The notes under the pieces are model-generated. The model did no database searches and was not told where the DNA came from. It worked only from the letters and a program-made list of their open reading frames with translations. This document shows, in pieces, positions 1-11,015 of a DNA stretch of 42,399 nt. The position numbers and the translations under genes were made by a program. Where the stretch lies: positions 62,001 to 104,399 of the forward strand of contig JAVECL010000017.1 of NCBI GenBank assembly GCA_051942245.1, given 5' to 3'. The first letter of the stretch is position 1. Every line of letters begins with the position of its first letter. Source of the DNA: Trypethelium eluteriae. Taxonomy: Eukaryota.

Positions 1-1
1 T

Positions 2-3000
2 GAATCTGTCGAGACGCTCTTACCTGGATACAGGTCACATCACCAGGCGAGCAAAGAATCTTCCAGTATCGAAGCCTTCGCCAAGGCAAACGGAATGTCT
101 CAGGGACCGTTGCCTCCTGTGACGAATGGTCGAGTCAATGGCCATATCAATGGTCATACCAACGGCCATGTCAATGGTCACGCCAATGGCCACGCCAATG
201 GTCACGCCAATGGTCACATCGATGGCAATGGCCGTGCTCAACTCAGCGGAAACAATGATTCTATGATCAATGGAAATGGTTATAGGTCAAGGCCAACCAA
301 GGACCGTTTCCTCCTCCCATTCTCGGCGCATGATGAGAAGACACTACAGGCCAATTACGATGCGTTAGCTAAATCCGTTACCAATTGGGACTTGATGGAT
401 GTTGCGTTCACCCTCAGTGCTAGGCGTAGTTTACTAACTTACCGGTCGTTCATTATAACGAGCGTCAACGAGGCCGAACAAGATCTCCCAGAAGCAAAAC
501 TAAGCATCGCGAAGAAACGTTCCGCTGCCACCCCGGTTCTTGGTTTTGTCTTCACTGGACAGGGCGCTCAGTGGCCTCAGATGGGGAAATCACTCATGAA
601 AGAATATCCGAGCTATCTAGCAACAATCCGGAGACTCGACAAATACCTTGACGATCTTGATGAAGCCCACGGCCGAGACTGGAGTATCGAAGGAGTCATG
701 AATCAAAGTCCGGAAGAAAGTCTGGTCCACAACGCGGAGCTTTCGCAGCCTCTAGTGACTGCATTGCAAATTGCGCTTGTTAATCTAATTTCTCAGTGGA
801 ATGTGACGCCAAGCGCCGTTGTCGGCCACTCATCTGGTGAAATCGCCGCCAGCTATGCTGCAGGCTTACTGACTGAAGAAGAGGCTATGATCGTAGCTTA
901 TCTTCGAGGAAAGACACTCGCGCACAACAATAAAAAGGGATTGATGATGGCTATTGGTGGCCACCTCTCCGAGATCCAACCTTTGGTGGATGAATTTGAC
1001 GGCCAAGTCACCATCGCGTGCCATAACTCCCCAGAAAGCTACACATTGAGTGGAGATGCCGACGCAATGGTTCGACTCAAGGAAGTCTTCGACGAGAAGA
1101 AGATCTTCTGTCGTACACTCGTCACAAACAATAACGCCTACCACTCGCATCACATGAAAGCTCTTGGTCCACAATACGAATCGGAGCTCGAGTCTTCCAT
1201 GCCTAAGAGCTCGGCTGTCAAATCTCTCAAGCAAAGTTCAAAGAGCCGTTCTGTCCAAGCTGTTTTCTTCTCATCTCTCTATGGTCACGCCGCACCCTGG
1301 TCATTGCTAGGTCCTAAGTACTGGCGCCAGAACCTTGAGTCTCCGGTACTATTTCATCAGGCCGTCGGGGAAATGGTCTCGCAGCTACCCGTCGATATTC
1401 TCATAGAGATTGGGCCTCATGGGGCACTCCAAGGACCTCTTCGACAGCTGTCCAAGACGATGGACAAAGATATCAAGTTTCCCGAGTATCTCACGGCTAT
1501 ATTCAGGGGCAATGACAACGTGAAAGATGTCCTTTCACTCGCGGGTAACCTTTTCAATAAAGGCTATGATGTTGACCTCGCACGTGTCAATGCCATTGAA
1601 GGCAGAGGAGGGAACCAGTACCAATTTGGTAAGGTCATCACCGACTTGCCTCAGTATCAGTGGCAGTATCCAAAGGAAATCCTCCTTTATGAGAATCGCT
1701 ACACTCGGGAATGGCGATTGCGCATGCATCCGCGTCATGATTATCTTGGGAGTCGCATTCCAGGTGCAAACAAGACCGAGCCAACATGGCGAAATATGCT
1801 CTCCATGAACAACGTCCCGTGGCTCACGGATCATCGCGTGAGTAGTCTTTCCATGTCTTCAAACGGAATCTGACATATTGTTATAGCTCGGAAAGGAGAT
1901 TGTGTTCCCCTCCACTGGCTACCTTTGCATGACCGTAGAGGCAGCTACTCAAGTTGTCGAGTTGGGAGGCTATAGTGCCACTGACGTCGAGTATTACGAT
2001 ATCAGGGATGTTAGCCTTTCCAAGGCTTTGATTGTGCCTGAAGACGATCGTGGTATCGAGACCCTGTTCACCTTGCGACCAGCCTCGCTAAATGCTGTGT
2101 CCCGCCACCAGTGGGTCTTTGAATTTGTTCTCACATCCGTCTCAACCGAAGAGGGGCAAGATATTTTTTCGGAGCATTGCCGTGGCCTGATAGAAATTAG
2201 CTTTGAACAACACGGTAAGTTGTCCATGCATCTTCTGCCATGATGATTCTGACGCTAGAAGAATTTCCCGAGAGTCAAGTTGTCAAAGACATCCAAGCTG
2301 CCTCCTCCGTCCAAAAACATATCAATGCTGCACAGTGGTACGAAACTTTTGCGAGGGTCGGACTTTGTTATGGTCCAATGTTCCAAGGTCTCTCCAACAT
2401 CACCGCCGTGGGGGAAACCAACATGACCGAAGCACGAGTGAACCTAGAGCCTACTGCAAAGATCATCAATGGAGAATCGAGGTCCCTCTTGCATCCTGCT
2501 GCGCTTGATGCTAGCTTGCAGCTCTCCATTCTCGCAGCGCACAAAAGCGTTGCCACAAAATTTGAACGAGCTTTTATGCCTACAGCATTCGAAAGCGTCA
2601 AGATTTGGCCAAAAAAGGTGAGACAAAGCCATACATCTGCCAAGTCATATGCTGGTGCTACGTTGAAAGGTGTTCGAGGGCTATCATCGGACGTTGTGCT
2701 CCTAAGTACGGAAGGACAGCGACTGCTGGAGGCTACGAACATTTTCCTTACCGCTTCCGATCAATCCGCACCAAAGCTCATTGACGATCCAAGTCCGTAC
2801 ACCCGTATTGTCTGGAAACCAGGCTTTGATCACCTCACTACAAACATCATGGAGCAGATGTATCCGCCAATTGCTCTGAGTGACGATGCCGTCATTCCCT
2901 CCTTGAACCATCTTGCATTGCACCAACTGATTCATTTCAAAGCCACAAATCCGGCTGTTTTCGAAAAGGGTTCGGAGCAGCCTCATTTACAGAGGCTCCT

Positions 3001-6000
3001 TGATTGGACAACGAAGAAACTCGACCTTGCCAAAGCAGACTCCAACTCTCCTGCTCGAAAGATTATGGAATACAGCAAGGATTTCAGGGCCAAGGAAATA
3101 GAACGTCTGTCAGGAAATTTGATGCCACAGTCTTCTGAAGCTCGACTCATGTGTCGTCTCTATAGTAACCTCCCAGCGATTTACAGTGGAGACAAGACAG
3201 GTATCCAGGTCGCACTTCAAGACAATTTGCTTCTTGACAACTACGAGACTGGGCAAGTATACCGAGAGGGAAATCGGCGCCTGGCTTCCGCAGTAGCACT
3301 TTATGCTCACCAAAACCCCAGACTCAAGATTTTGGAGGTTGGCGCTGGTACCGGAAGTGCGACTAACGAGATTCTACCTGCTCTGAAGGGCGACAGTGTC
3401 TGGAGACAGTACTTGGAGTATCGCTTCACAGACACGACTACTTCCTTTTTGGCCGGAGCAGAAGAAAGATTTTCCACGTTTAGCGGGATGACATTTGGGG
3501 CTTTTGATATGGAAAAGAGTCCAGCGTCTCAAGGCTATCAGCAAGATTGGGACGTCGTTGTTGCCTCAAATGTCATTCATGCTACATCGGACATCAAGAG
3601 CACTCTGCTCCATATTCGAAGTATTCTCAAGCCCGGCGGCAAGATGATTTTGTTGGAATTGACTCAATCTCAGCTCAGTGCTGGCTTAGTCTTGGGAACC
3701 TTCAGCGACTTCTGGAAAGCCGATCACGACCCTGAATATCCACGATACGATGGCCCGTTCTTAAGCAAGTCACTTTGGAAAACGGTATTGCCAAATGCTG
3801 GGTTCCAAGGTCTCGATTTCTATCTTGATGACTATGCCGGTGACAATGTCTCCGCAACGGTCGTTTGTGCCACTGCCGCGGAACCTGAGACAAGAATTCC
3901 GGATACCATAGCAGTACCGGGACAAGAGGGCGTCACAATGGTCTATCGAGACGCTCCAGCTCCCTTCATGAAACCAATGGCTAACCATATCGCAAAATCT
4001 GTTGCAGTACCAGTCGACACGATACCCCTTGCGAACATCGACACTGCTCGCTATAATAGATTTGTCTTCCTTCTGGAGACCAGCAGTCCTTTCTTCATCG
4101 ATGTCGCACCTCAGGAGTGGGCAGCTCTCCAGTTAGCTCTGAGCCGATCAGCTTCTTCCCTCTGGCTAACCAAAGGAGATCTTATGACCGGCAAGGAGCC
4201 ATTGCATGCAATGATTTCAGGTCTGGCCAAAGGCATGAAAACCGAAAATAGCTCCCTTCGCTTCAGCATCCTCGACCTCGACAAAGTCCCAGATGGCTCA
4301 GAGATCGAGCTATTCAGCCTCATTGGGCAGCTTGAGAGCAGAGTCTCAGATGTCACTAGAGTCAACGATGATTCCGAGTTCAGATATAAAGACGGAATTC
4401 TCTACATCAGCCGTCTCATAGCTGATGACGGTCTGAATGAAAGGTCAAAAGCCATTACCAGCCAGGATTCCCACAGTGAACAAGTGCCCCTCAAGGATTT
4501 GAAGACTACGCCCGTCCAACTTGCGATCGAGAAGCCTGGCGTCCTGAGTACAATTTACTTCAAGCAAGATCCCAAGTTTGCCAGACCGTTAGCTGCAGAC
4601 GAAGTAGACATCGAAGTCAAGTTTGCGGGCGTCAACAACAAGGATATCTCGGTCCTTACGGGTCGACATCATTCCGACTCCTTCAGCGATGAATGCTCCG
4701 GAATCATCGTCCAAACCGGCAGTGACGTTAAAGACCTGAAAGTCGGCGACCGTGTGTACTGCCAATCCTTCTCCAAATTTGGTAACTTTGTCAGAGAAAA
4801 GGGGGCATTCTGCCAGCGTCTCGAGAATAACGACACCCTAGAGGGAGCGAGCACATTGCCGATCGCCTTCAGCACCGCGCTCTATGGCTTGGTCGACCTA
4901 GGCCGTTTAACTAAAGGTGAATCGGTGCTGATACAGTCTGCGACCGGTGCTGTCGGTCTTGCGGCCTGTCAGATCGCCCATATGCTTGGGGCTGAGGTGT
5001 TTGCCACAGTCGGTACAGAGGAGAAGAAGAACGAGCTGCTGGGAATGGGATATGGAATCAGGGAAGACCATATTTTTTGGTCGAGGGACAGATTCACGGC
5101 AAAGAAACTGCTGCAGGAAACCGGCGGTAAGGGCATCGACGTTATTCTGTGCAGTGCTCGTGGCGAGCTCATGCACGAGTATTGGAGATGCATTGCCACT
5201 TGCGGTAGATTCGTCGAGATTGGACGGACGGAGGTCTTGGATAACGGGAAATTGAGCCTTGACGTCTTCGGACGCAATGCTACCTTCGCCTCGTTCGATC
5301 TCGAGGTTATGAGCAAGAATAAGCCACAAGTGACCGCTCGGTAAGGTCTTGTCCACATGGTCATGATGCGAAGCTTACGCTACATAGGTTGATGAAAAGA
5401 ATTCAGCAACTGAGATCTGTGGGCTTCATCAAGCCCTTGCCTGTTCAGAAATTCCATGTTTCTGAGATCGACAGAGCTTTCATGACATTTTCTAAAGGCA
5501 CTCACATCGGAAAGCTGGCCATTGACTACGATGATTCGTCCGATCAGGGTTTGAACGTTGGTTGCGTCCCGTCAATTCATGCTTCACCACCACTGACATG
5601 ATCACAGTTGCGGAAAGATCCATTCACCACCAAATTCGACCCAAATGCATCTTATTTGCTAGTTGGCTGTCTGGGAGGCTTGGGTCGAAGCTTCAGCGCA
5701 TGGGCAGTCTCACGGGGAGCCCGTAACCTGATCTACCTTTCCCGCAGTGGAGCTGCCAAAGACGAAGCTAAGATCTTCCTTGACGCCTTGAAAGAACAGG
5801 GTGTTAATGCTTCAATTGTCAAGGGAGACGTGACATCTCTCTCCAATATACAAGCCGCAGTGAAGAGCAGCAAGCTGCCCATCAAAGGCGTCGTCCAAGG
5901 CGCTCTCACACTCCACGATGGTCTCTTCGAATCCATGTCACTTGAGCGATTCAACGCCACCGTTCATCCACGTGTGATTGGCACATTGAATCTCCATGAA

Positions 6001-6765
6001 GCTTTGAAAGATTCTCCTCTCGAATTCTTCGAGATATGGTCTTCGTGGACTGTCGTCTTCGGTACTGCTACCCAGAGCAACTACCTAGCCTCAAACTCAT
6101 TCCTCGACGCGTTCGCACGACATCGTCGCGCTTCTGGACTGCCATGCACGAGTTTGGCTTTAAGTCAGGTTCTGGGTATCGGTATTGTCTCGTATATGCC
6201 AGAGTATCAGCAGGCCATGATCCGAAACGGCTTCTATGGCAACGATGAGAACGAATTCCTGCAGTACTGCGAAGCGGGTATCATGCGCCCAAATCCGGAA
6301 GAGGATGACGACGCGACATTCAAGTACGATCCGCAAACCCTGGGTCACCTACTCGTCGGCATCGAGCCCGCAGGTCTCCAGAACGTAGATCGAAAGTATC
6401 CGCTTTCGGAAATGCTCTGGTACCGCGATCCTCGATTCAAGAACCTCATCCAAGCAACGTCCCTCCTTTCATCCAGTGATCAGGATAAACGTACTGGCAG
6501 CGGAGAGGAGGGCACTGTCTTGGACAGGATCAGGATGAAAATCTCCAGGTTGCTATACGTGCCGCTTGACGAGGTGGACGTTGAGACGGCAATTAATGAT
6601 TACGGTATTGACAGTATGATTGCAGCAGAGTTGCGGAATTGGTTCTTTACGAGTTTTGGGAAGAATGTCAGTCTGCTGAAGTTGCTGAGTGCAACAATGA
6701 CGATTCAGAAGTTGGCAGAGGAAGCAGCAACGGGAGAAGGAGGAGGAGGAGAAGAAGAGCGGTGA
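2..6765 (+). CDS. Highly reducing iterative type I polyketide synthase, 5'-partial ([KS]-AT-DH-CMeT-ER-KR-ACP)
   Basis: Frame is open from base 2. AT: VFTGQGAQW, GHSSG, AYHSHHM. DH: spliced WLTDHR|LGKEIVFP and HPAALDASLQ. C-MeT: ILEVGAGTGSAT. ER: LIQSATGAVG, GRFVEIG. KR: GCLGGLG, QSNYLASN. ACP: GIDSM. Four GT-AG introns keep the frame: 1838-1886, 2215-2258, 5341-5387, 5557-5607. Stop TGA ends at 6765. Confidence 0.97.
125..220 (+). repeat. Coding 12-bp minisatellite (8 imperfect units, AAYGGYCAYRYC) encoding NGHx repeats in the KS-AT linker
   Basis: aatggtcgagtc aatggccatatc aatggtcatacc aacggccatgtc aatggtcacgcc aatggccacgcc aatggtcacgcc aatggtcacatc. Confidence 0.9.
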
Positions 6766-7762
6766 TGTGGAGCTTGGACTCCGGAATGAGTTGGAGGCTT
6801 TGAAGGAGCAGCACGCGGGTCTGGAGCGGCAGCAGGCGGTGGGGGCGAGTATATTAGATAAAATCTATGGTCCAGTTAATTGGCCAAGAGAACTACGTTT
6901 TTAGGAAAATGACTCCTGTTTAGGTACGATTCTGTACCCACAGGATACTCCAAGGGTACCGCATAATTAAAGGTCTTATGGTCTTTCTTATTCAGCTGTC
7001 AAGAATTTTGCTTTTGCGCCTGTTGCTTTTCCTTTCGTTGTTGGAATTCGGGTTGCATTTTACCAGCTAGAACAATTCTGCCTAAGCAGGAAAATGATTC
7101 AACGTGCCAGAGCGGCTACTGTGCAATAAAACCATAGGTCCTTGAGCAGTCATTGCCTCATCCCCCAATTGCCCTTCACCAGGCTGAGGATCATTGTAGA
7201 AAGTACCTGGAACACAGCACGTTGTTGAGTCCTGTGTGGTCTCCTGCTTCTCGGACTTGGGGGGTACCTCGTCAGGTAATGCGACTGTCCTAGAGTAGCC
7301 AAGCAGGCGCCTTTCTTGACGTTTGAAGGGTAGAATTAAAAATGTCTCAGCAGATGTGCTTATCGTCAGATGCAGTCACTCCATTACCAGCTCTTCGAAT
7401 TCTTTATAGGGGGGAGGGGGAGTGATGCTTTGTACCAAGCTAGTGGGCCTGCTGTTACTGTTGGATGCAGGTGTGCATCTTGGAGAGTAGTTTTCGACCA
7501 TTGTTGCGAAGAAACCCATTGCGTTCTCCGAATGTCTGGCTGCTCGAGCTTTGGCCTCATTCCACGCTTCAGGCTCAAGATCGAAATTGGAGTAATACCC
7601 TTTCTTAAACCTATGATCGGTGTGAGTATTGAAAATTCAATGCCTGACTGATGGTTCACTTACAGCTTATATTGCACTCTACTCCACATACTCTTACCAG
7701 AGAGTATCAATATGTGCGGCATCTCAGTCCTTGCCGGAAAGTAGACGTTGGAGATCCAGAAG

Positions 7763-8106
7763 TCAGGTATTAGTACACAATAAATTTAACGTATGTAGCC
7801 CTCTTACCAATGCTGCGTAACGGAAACCATCCTCTCGGGATACTTCCTGCCTTCTGACGTCACTTTCAAGATAGACAGCCATGATATGTCGACGTCGTCT
7901 TTCCGTTCGAGCTGCTTTGTTCCATTCCTTGCGCAATCTATTCCATTCCCGGTAATCGTGAGGGTTTCTAATCATATAGCGCCAGATAACATGTAGATAA
8001 AGGTAAGAATAAAAGGCAGAACGAACAAAATAATAACGCTACCGGCCACGATCGCTGCAACGATAAAAGCACTGGATACGGAGTCCTGGTTTGGTATCGG
8101 GGCCAT
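7763..8106 (-). pseudogene. Small single-pass membrane protein, apparently frameshifted
   Basis: ATG at 8106 gives MAPIPNQDSVSSAFIVAAIVAGSVIILFVLPFILTFIY (hydrophobic helix), which stops shortly after. A different frame continues with a basic juxtamembrane segment VIWRYMIRNPHDYREWNRLRKEWNKAARTERRRR. Frameshift is inferred near 7990. Confidence 0.45.
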
Positions 8107-8549
8107 TTCGCGCGTAGTGTGATTTGAGTGTTAGTGACAAAGTGGGTCATCTCGTTGCATACCAATACTAGGGAGGTCCAGGTACTAATATTATGTAGGT
8201 CTCTGTGCGTTTTTACAAGCTACATTTGCCTAATGCCTGTGCAGCTATGTGTTATTTTTGGTAGGAGCTAGCTAGATGTGGAAGAGTCCACGGAGAGTAG
8301 TCCTCATGGCCCGTAGACTCCGACATTCTGTAAATTATTTTCTGTGTGCGTGTCTATTTTCTGCAGAATAAGGTTCTCAACAGTGTAGATATGCTCAAAT
8401 GCAGATCACGCACGGTGCTGCGGCCATATCTCGGGCGACGTTGAAAATGACTCCACCTCGGAGGAGGATGACTCCTTCAACGTAATCGTTATGTAGATGA
8501 CCATATGTATATATGCGCTATTTAGTAGTCAGAAGAATTGTGATATAAG

Positions 8550-8565
8550 AAAAAGAAAAAAAAAA
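8550..8565 (-). terminator. Oligo-T run, Pol III terminator-like, downstream of the tRNA 3' fragment
   Basis: Minus strand reads T10-C-T5, starting about 15 nt after the tRNA acceptor end at 8580. Confidence 0.5.
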
Positions 8566-8579
8566 GGGTTAGAAAGACC

Positions 8580-8615
8580 AGATCTCGCAGGGATTCGAAC
8601 CCCGAATTTCTTGAT
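8580..8615 (-). tRNA. tRNA 3' fragment (anticodon-stem 3' strand, variable loop, T-arm, acceptor 3' strand), Arg-like
   Basis: Minus strand: A TCAAG AAATT CGGGG TTCGAAT CCCTG CGAGATC T. T-stem pairs (one G-U) and the B-box is canonical. ATCAAGAxATT resembles fungal tRNA-Arg as I recall it. No contiguous 5' half found. Confidence 0.65.
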
Positions 8616-10506
8616 AGCAAGAGATAGCTTTTGTATTACTCCGTATATTCTCTCGCATTGAAGTTGGAGTTAGATAAAACGAAGCCATATTTTCTTACTT
8701 CATGGGTATGTAGTTGAACTCAAATAAGAATCATTTTCCTCGATGCTTACTTTTGCGAATCAAGCTACCCGTTATAGTCTTACAAAACTCACGTGCATGT
8801 GAGGCATGTTTGGATATAGCTGCTGTCCCGCAGCGGCGCAGCCTCGGCCAGGCCTTATATAGTCTCTTCCTACTTCAGTCGGTGTTTGGTCCTCTCGTTC
8901 CCAGGTCTGACCTTCCTAGGACACAAGGTTCTCCGTGGGTGTGAATGTGATGAACGTCTACTTCGCTTATTTATTATATGTTGTAAGATTGTAAGTAGAA
9001 ATATCTAATAATTGAGGCTGCGCATGGGGAAAGAAAGTCCGCAGATTCCATGGATTACCTGGGTCGGTCTTCCGACTGCACTACTAAGAGTAGGCTAAAT
9101 CTACATATCTTTATCCCATTAGATGTATATCTGCATTCGGGACAGAAAACCCTCTGCCTCATTACCAAAACAAGAAAAGCCGGAGCAATCAATATTACTA
9201 CACTAAAGCATAGCTGGTCAAGCCAGATTTTTACTATTACTATTTACTATTACTATCATGAGATTTGCGTTACTACGTTACTGTTACTTAGTAAAATAGT
9301 AATTACTAACATGCGGCAGGTCATGGCTTCGCATATTGACCATGAAAACGATAGTTTCTTTGTCGTCCGTCAAAAAACTCCTTTTTTTTTTCTTTTCCCT
9401 TATATCTGAGCCGATGCTTCCAGTGGAGCGGAAGGGCCTGAAAGGATATGGATGCACTCCTTACAGCGTCGGATTGTTGAGTTTATTAATGATTGTCCAT
9501 GGTTGGACCAAGCTACTTAAGTGTTTTCCTGCCGCAGTTGGGTAAATATTGGAACAAGGCCCCTATTACCCCGCAGCTAATGTCGACCTGAGAATGGACG
9601 TAAAGCCGCGGATAGTGAGGTCGAAAAGGGTAGATGTTCACCGGAACATGGGAGTTATGGGAGTTTCATGCGGATGTTCCTCATGTCTGGAAATTTGTGT
9701 CATAATATACTCGTGAAATTCATAAAATTTGCACATAGGCTGTATATGAGTTACTATAGCAACCCTACACATATGTGTAAATTGTAGAGCAGAAGGTCCA
9801 TCTGCAGCCAATTGATCTAGATGCATCACATAAACAAGCACATAGACCTATGTTTTATGATAAAACTTATGGTAACTTAGAACAATTATACAGAAAGTGT
9901 AAAATTATGTCTCGGCGGCTTCCGTCATTCAAATCCTCGAATCAAGTGGGTTGAACCTGGAAACCAGGAAGGCTCAATATTGACAATATACTCGATTAAG
10001 TCTGCAGCTTTGTGTTTTGTCCAACATCGGCCGAAAGCGCGTATATTACATGGTGAAGTACGTAAACATGTACTCCGTGCGGAATAGAGCGCAGCACTCA
10101 TACTTATTGTATATCCACCTCAGCCTTGCTAAAGTGGATCACCAGCGTCGCAGTAAATCGTTTGAGGCTCAATGAGCATCGAAGGATCAGCCACTGAGCT
10201 CATTTTACATCTAAGCTCACCCCAAGTTGGAGTACAAAGCTACTGTAGTTGGCTCCCGTCTAGAGCGCCATCCCTGTTTATTTAAAGTCCAAAGCAAACT
10301 ACTTCATCACTGTCCATATAGGTTCGTTCAAGACCTTCAATTGAAACGGGAGCTCCGTACCCCTAAGAGAAACACCTACTGACGATGAACGGACGCTGCA
10401 AGAATATCACGCGAGAAGAGGAATGATATTGTGTCCGTGAAGTTATTATACCAGTGATGTAAATTTACTAAGTATTCGATGTTTGCGAACTATAATCCAA
10501 AACTTT

Positions 10507-10601
10507 CCTTGGCGTTATTAACACCACCTATTCGATGTTAGATTGTTCCTCAAAGGATCCTGCAGTGACACTTACGCTCTAACCAACTGAGCTAATCGAC
10601 C
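10507..10601 (-). tRNA. tRNA-Ile(AAT) 5' two-thirds, interrupted by a 48-nt spliceosomal-type intron (10528-10575); 3' end not found
   Basis: Exon 1 (10601-10576): GGTCGAT TA GCTC AGTTGGTTA GAGC (acceptor 5' strand, paired D-stem, A-box). Insert: GTAAGTGTCACTGCAGGATCCTTTGAGGAACAATCTAACATCGAATAG. Exon 2 (10527-10507): G TGGTG TTAATAA CGCCA AGG (5-bp anticodon stem, AAT anticodon). The joined sequence closely matches the eukaryotic tRNA-Ile(AAT) pattern TAGCTCAGTTGGTTAGAGCGTGGTGYTAATAACGCCAAGG. Confidence 0.8.
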
Positions 10602-11015
10602 GTAGATAGCAAATGTTCATTAAATATATTGAAAATAAATTTTACCCACTTTGGACCTCTTAGCAATCGGCTCAATACTTTTTTGGCGAGCAACTGTAGG
10701 CTCATTACAGTCTCGAGTTCACCCCACTTCGTCTCCCAAACAAGTTTACTTTCAATTCATATACAACAGTACGCTCCAAAACTCGCTTACAATCTGTACC
10801 GTAGTACGTACCATAGACTGTATAGACAAGGCAGGCACGCGGTTGACAGAAAAACCCGCACACGAAAACTGGGGGGTGCTTCATAAGGTAGACAAAAAAG
10901 ATCACATATTTATATTAGGCTTGTCTGCTGTTGCACAGTCACCAACTTCTAGACTCAAGAGATTGTCAAATAATAATTTGTACCCTGTAGAGGACAGTAG
11001 AGGTGATCTACAGGT

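Noticed and set aside
35..241. Minus-strand ORF with AIGVT-like repeats, and other antisense ORFs within the PKS, ACS, eIF3e and histone genes
   Set aside because: Antisense shadows of real coding sequence.
9618..9635. CCCTT TTCGACC on the minus strand as the missing acceptor 3' strand of tRNA-Ile
   Set aside because: No T-loop or AG acceptor precedes it and the discriminator would be T; a 6-nt match is expected by chance.
9940..9966. CCAG|GTTCAACCC on the minus strand as the missing T-arm exon of tRNA-Ile
   Set aside because: Downstream bases neither close a T-stem nor give an ATCGACC-like acceptor strand.
8580..10601. Joining the Ile 5' part and the 8580-8615 3' part into one tRNA
   Set aside because: Acceptor strands mispair at three of seven positions and the anticodon-stem strands are incompatible.
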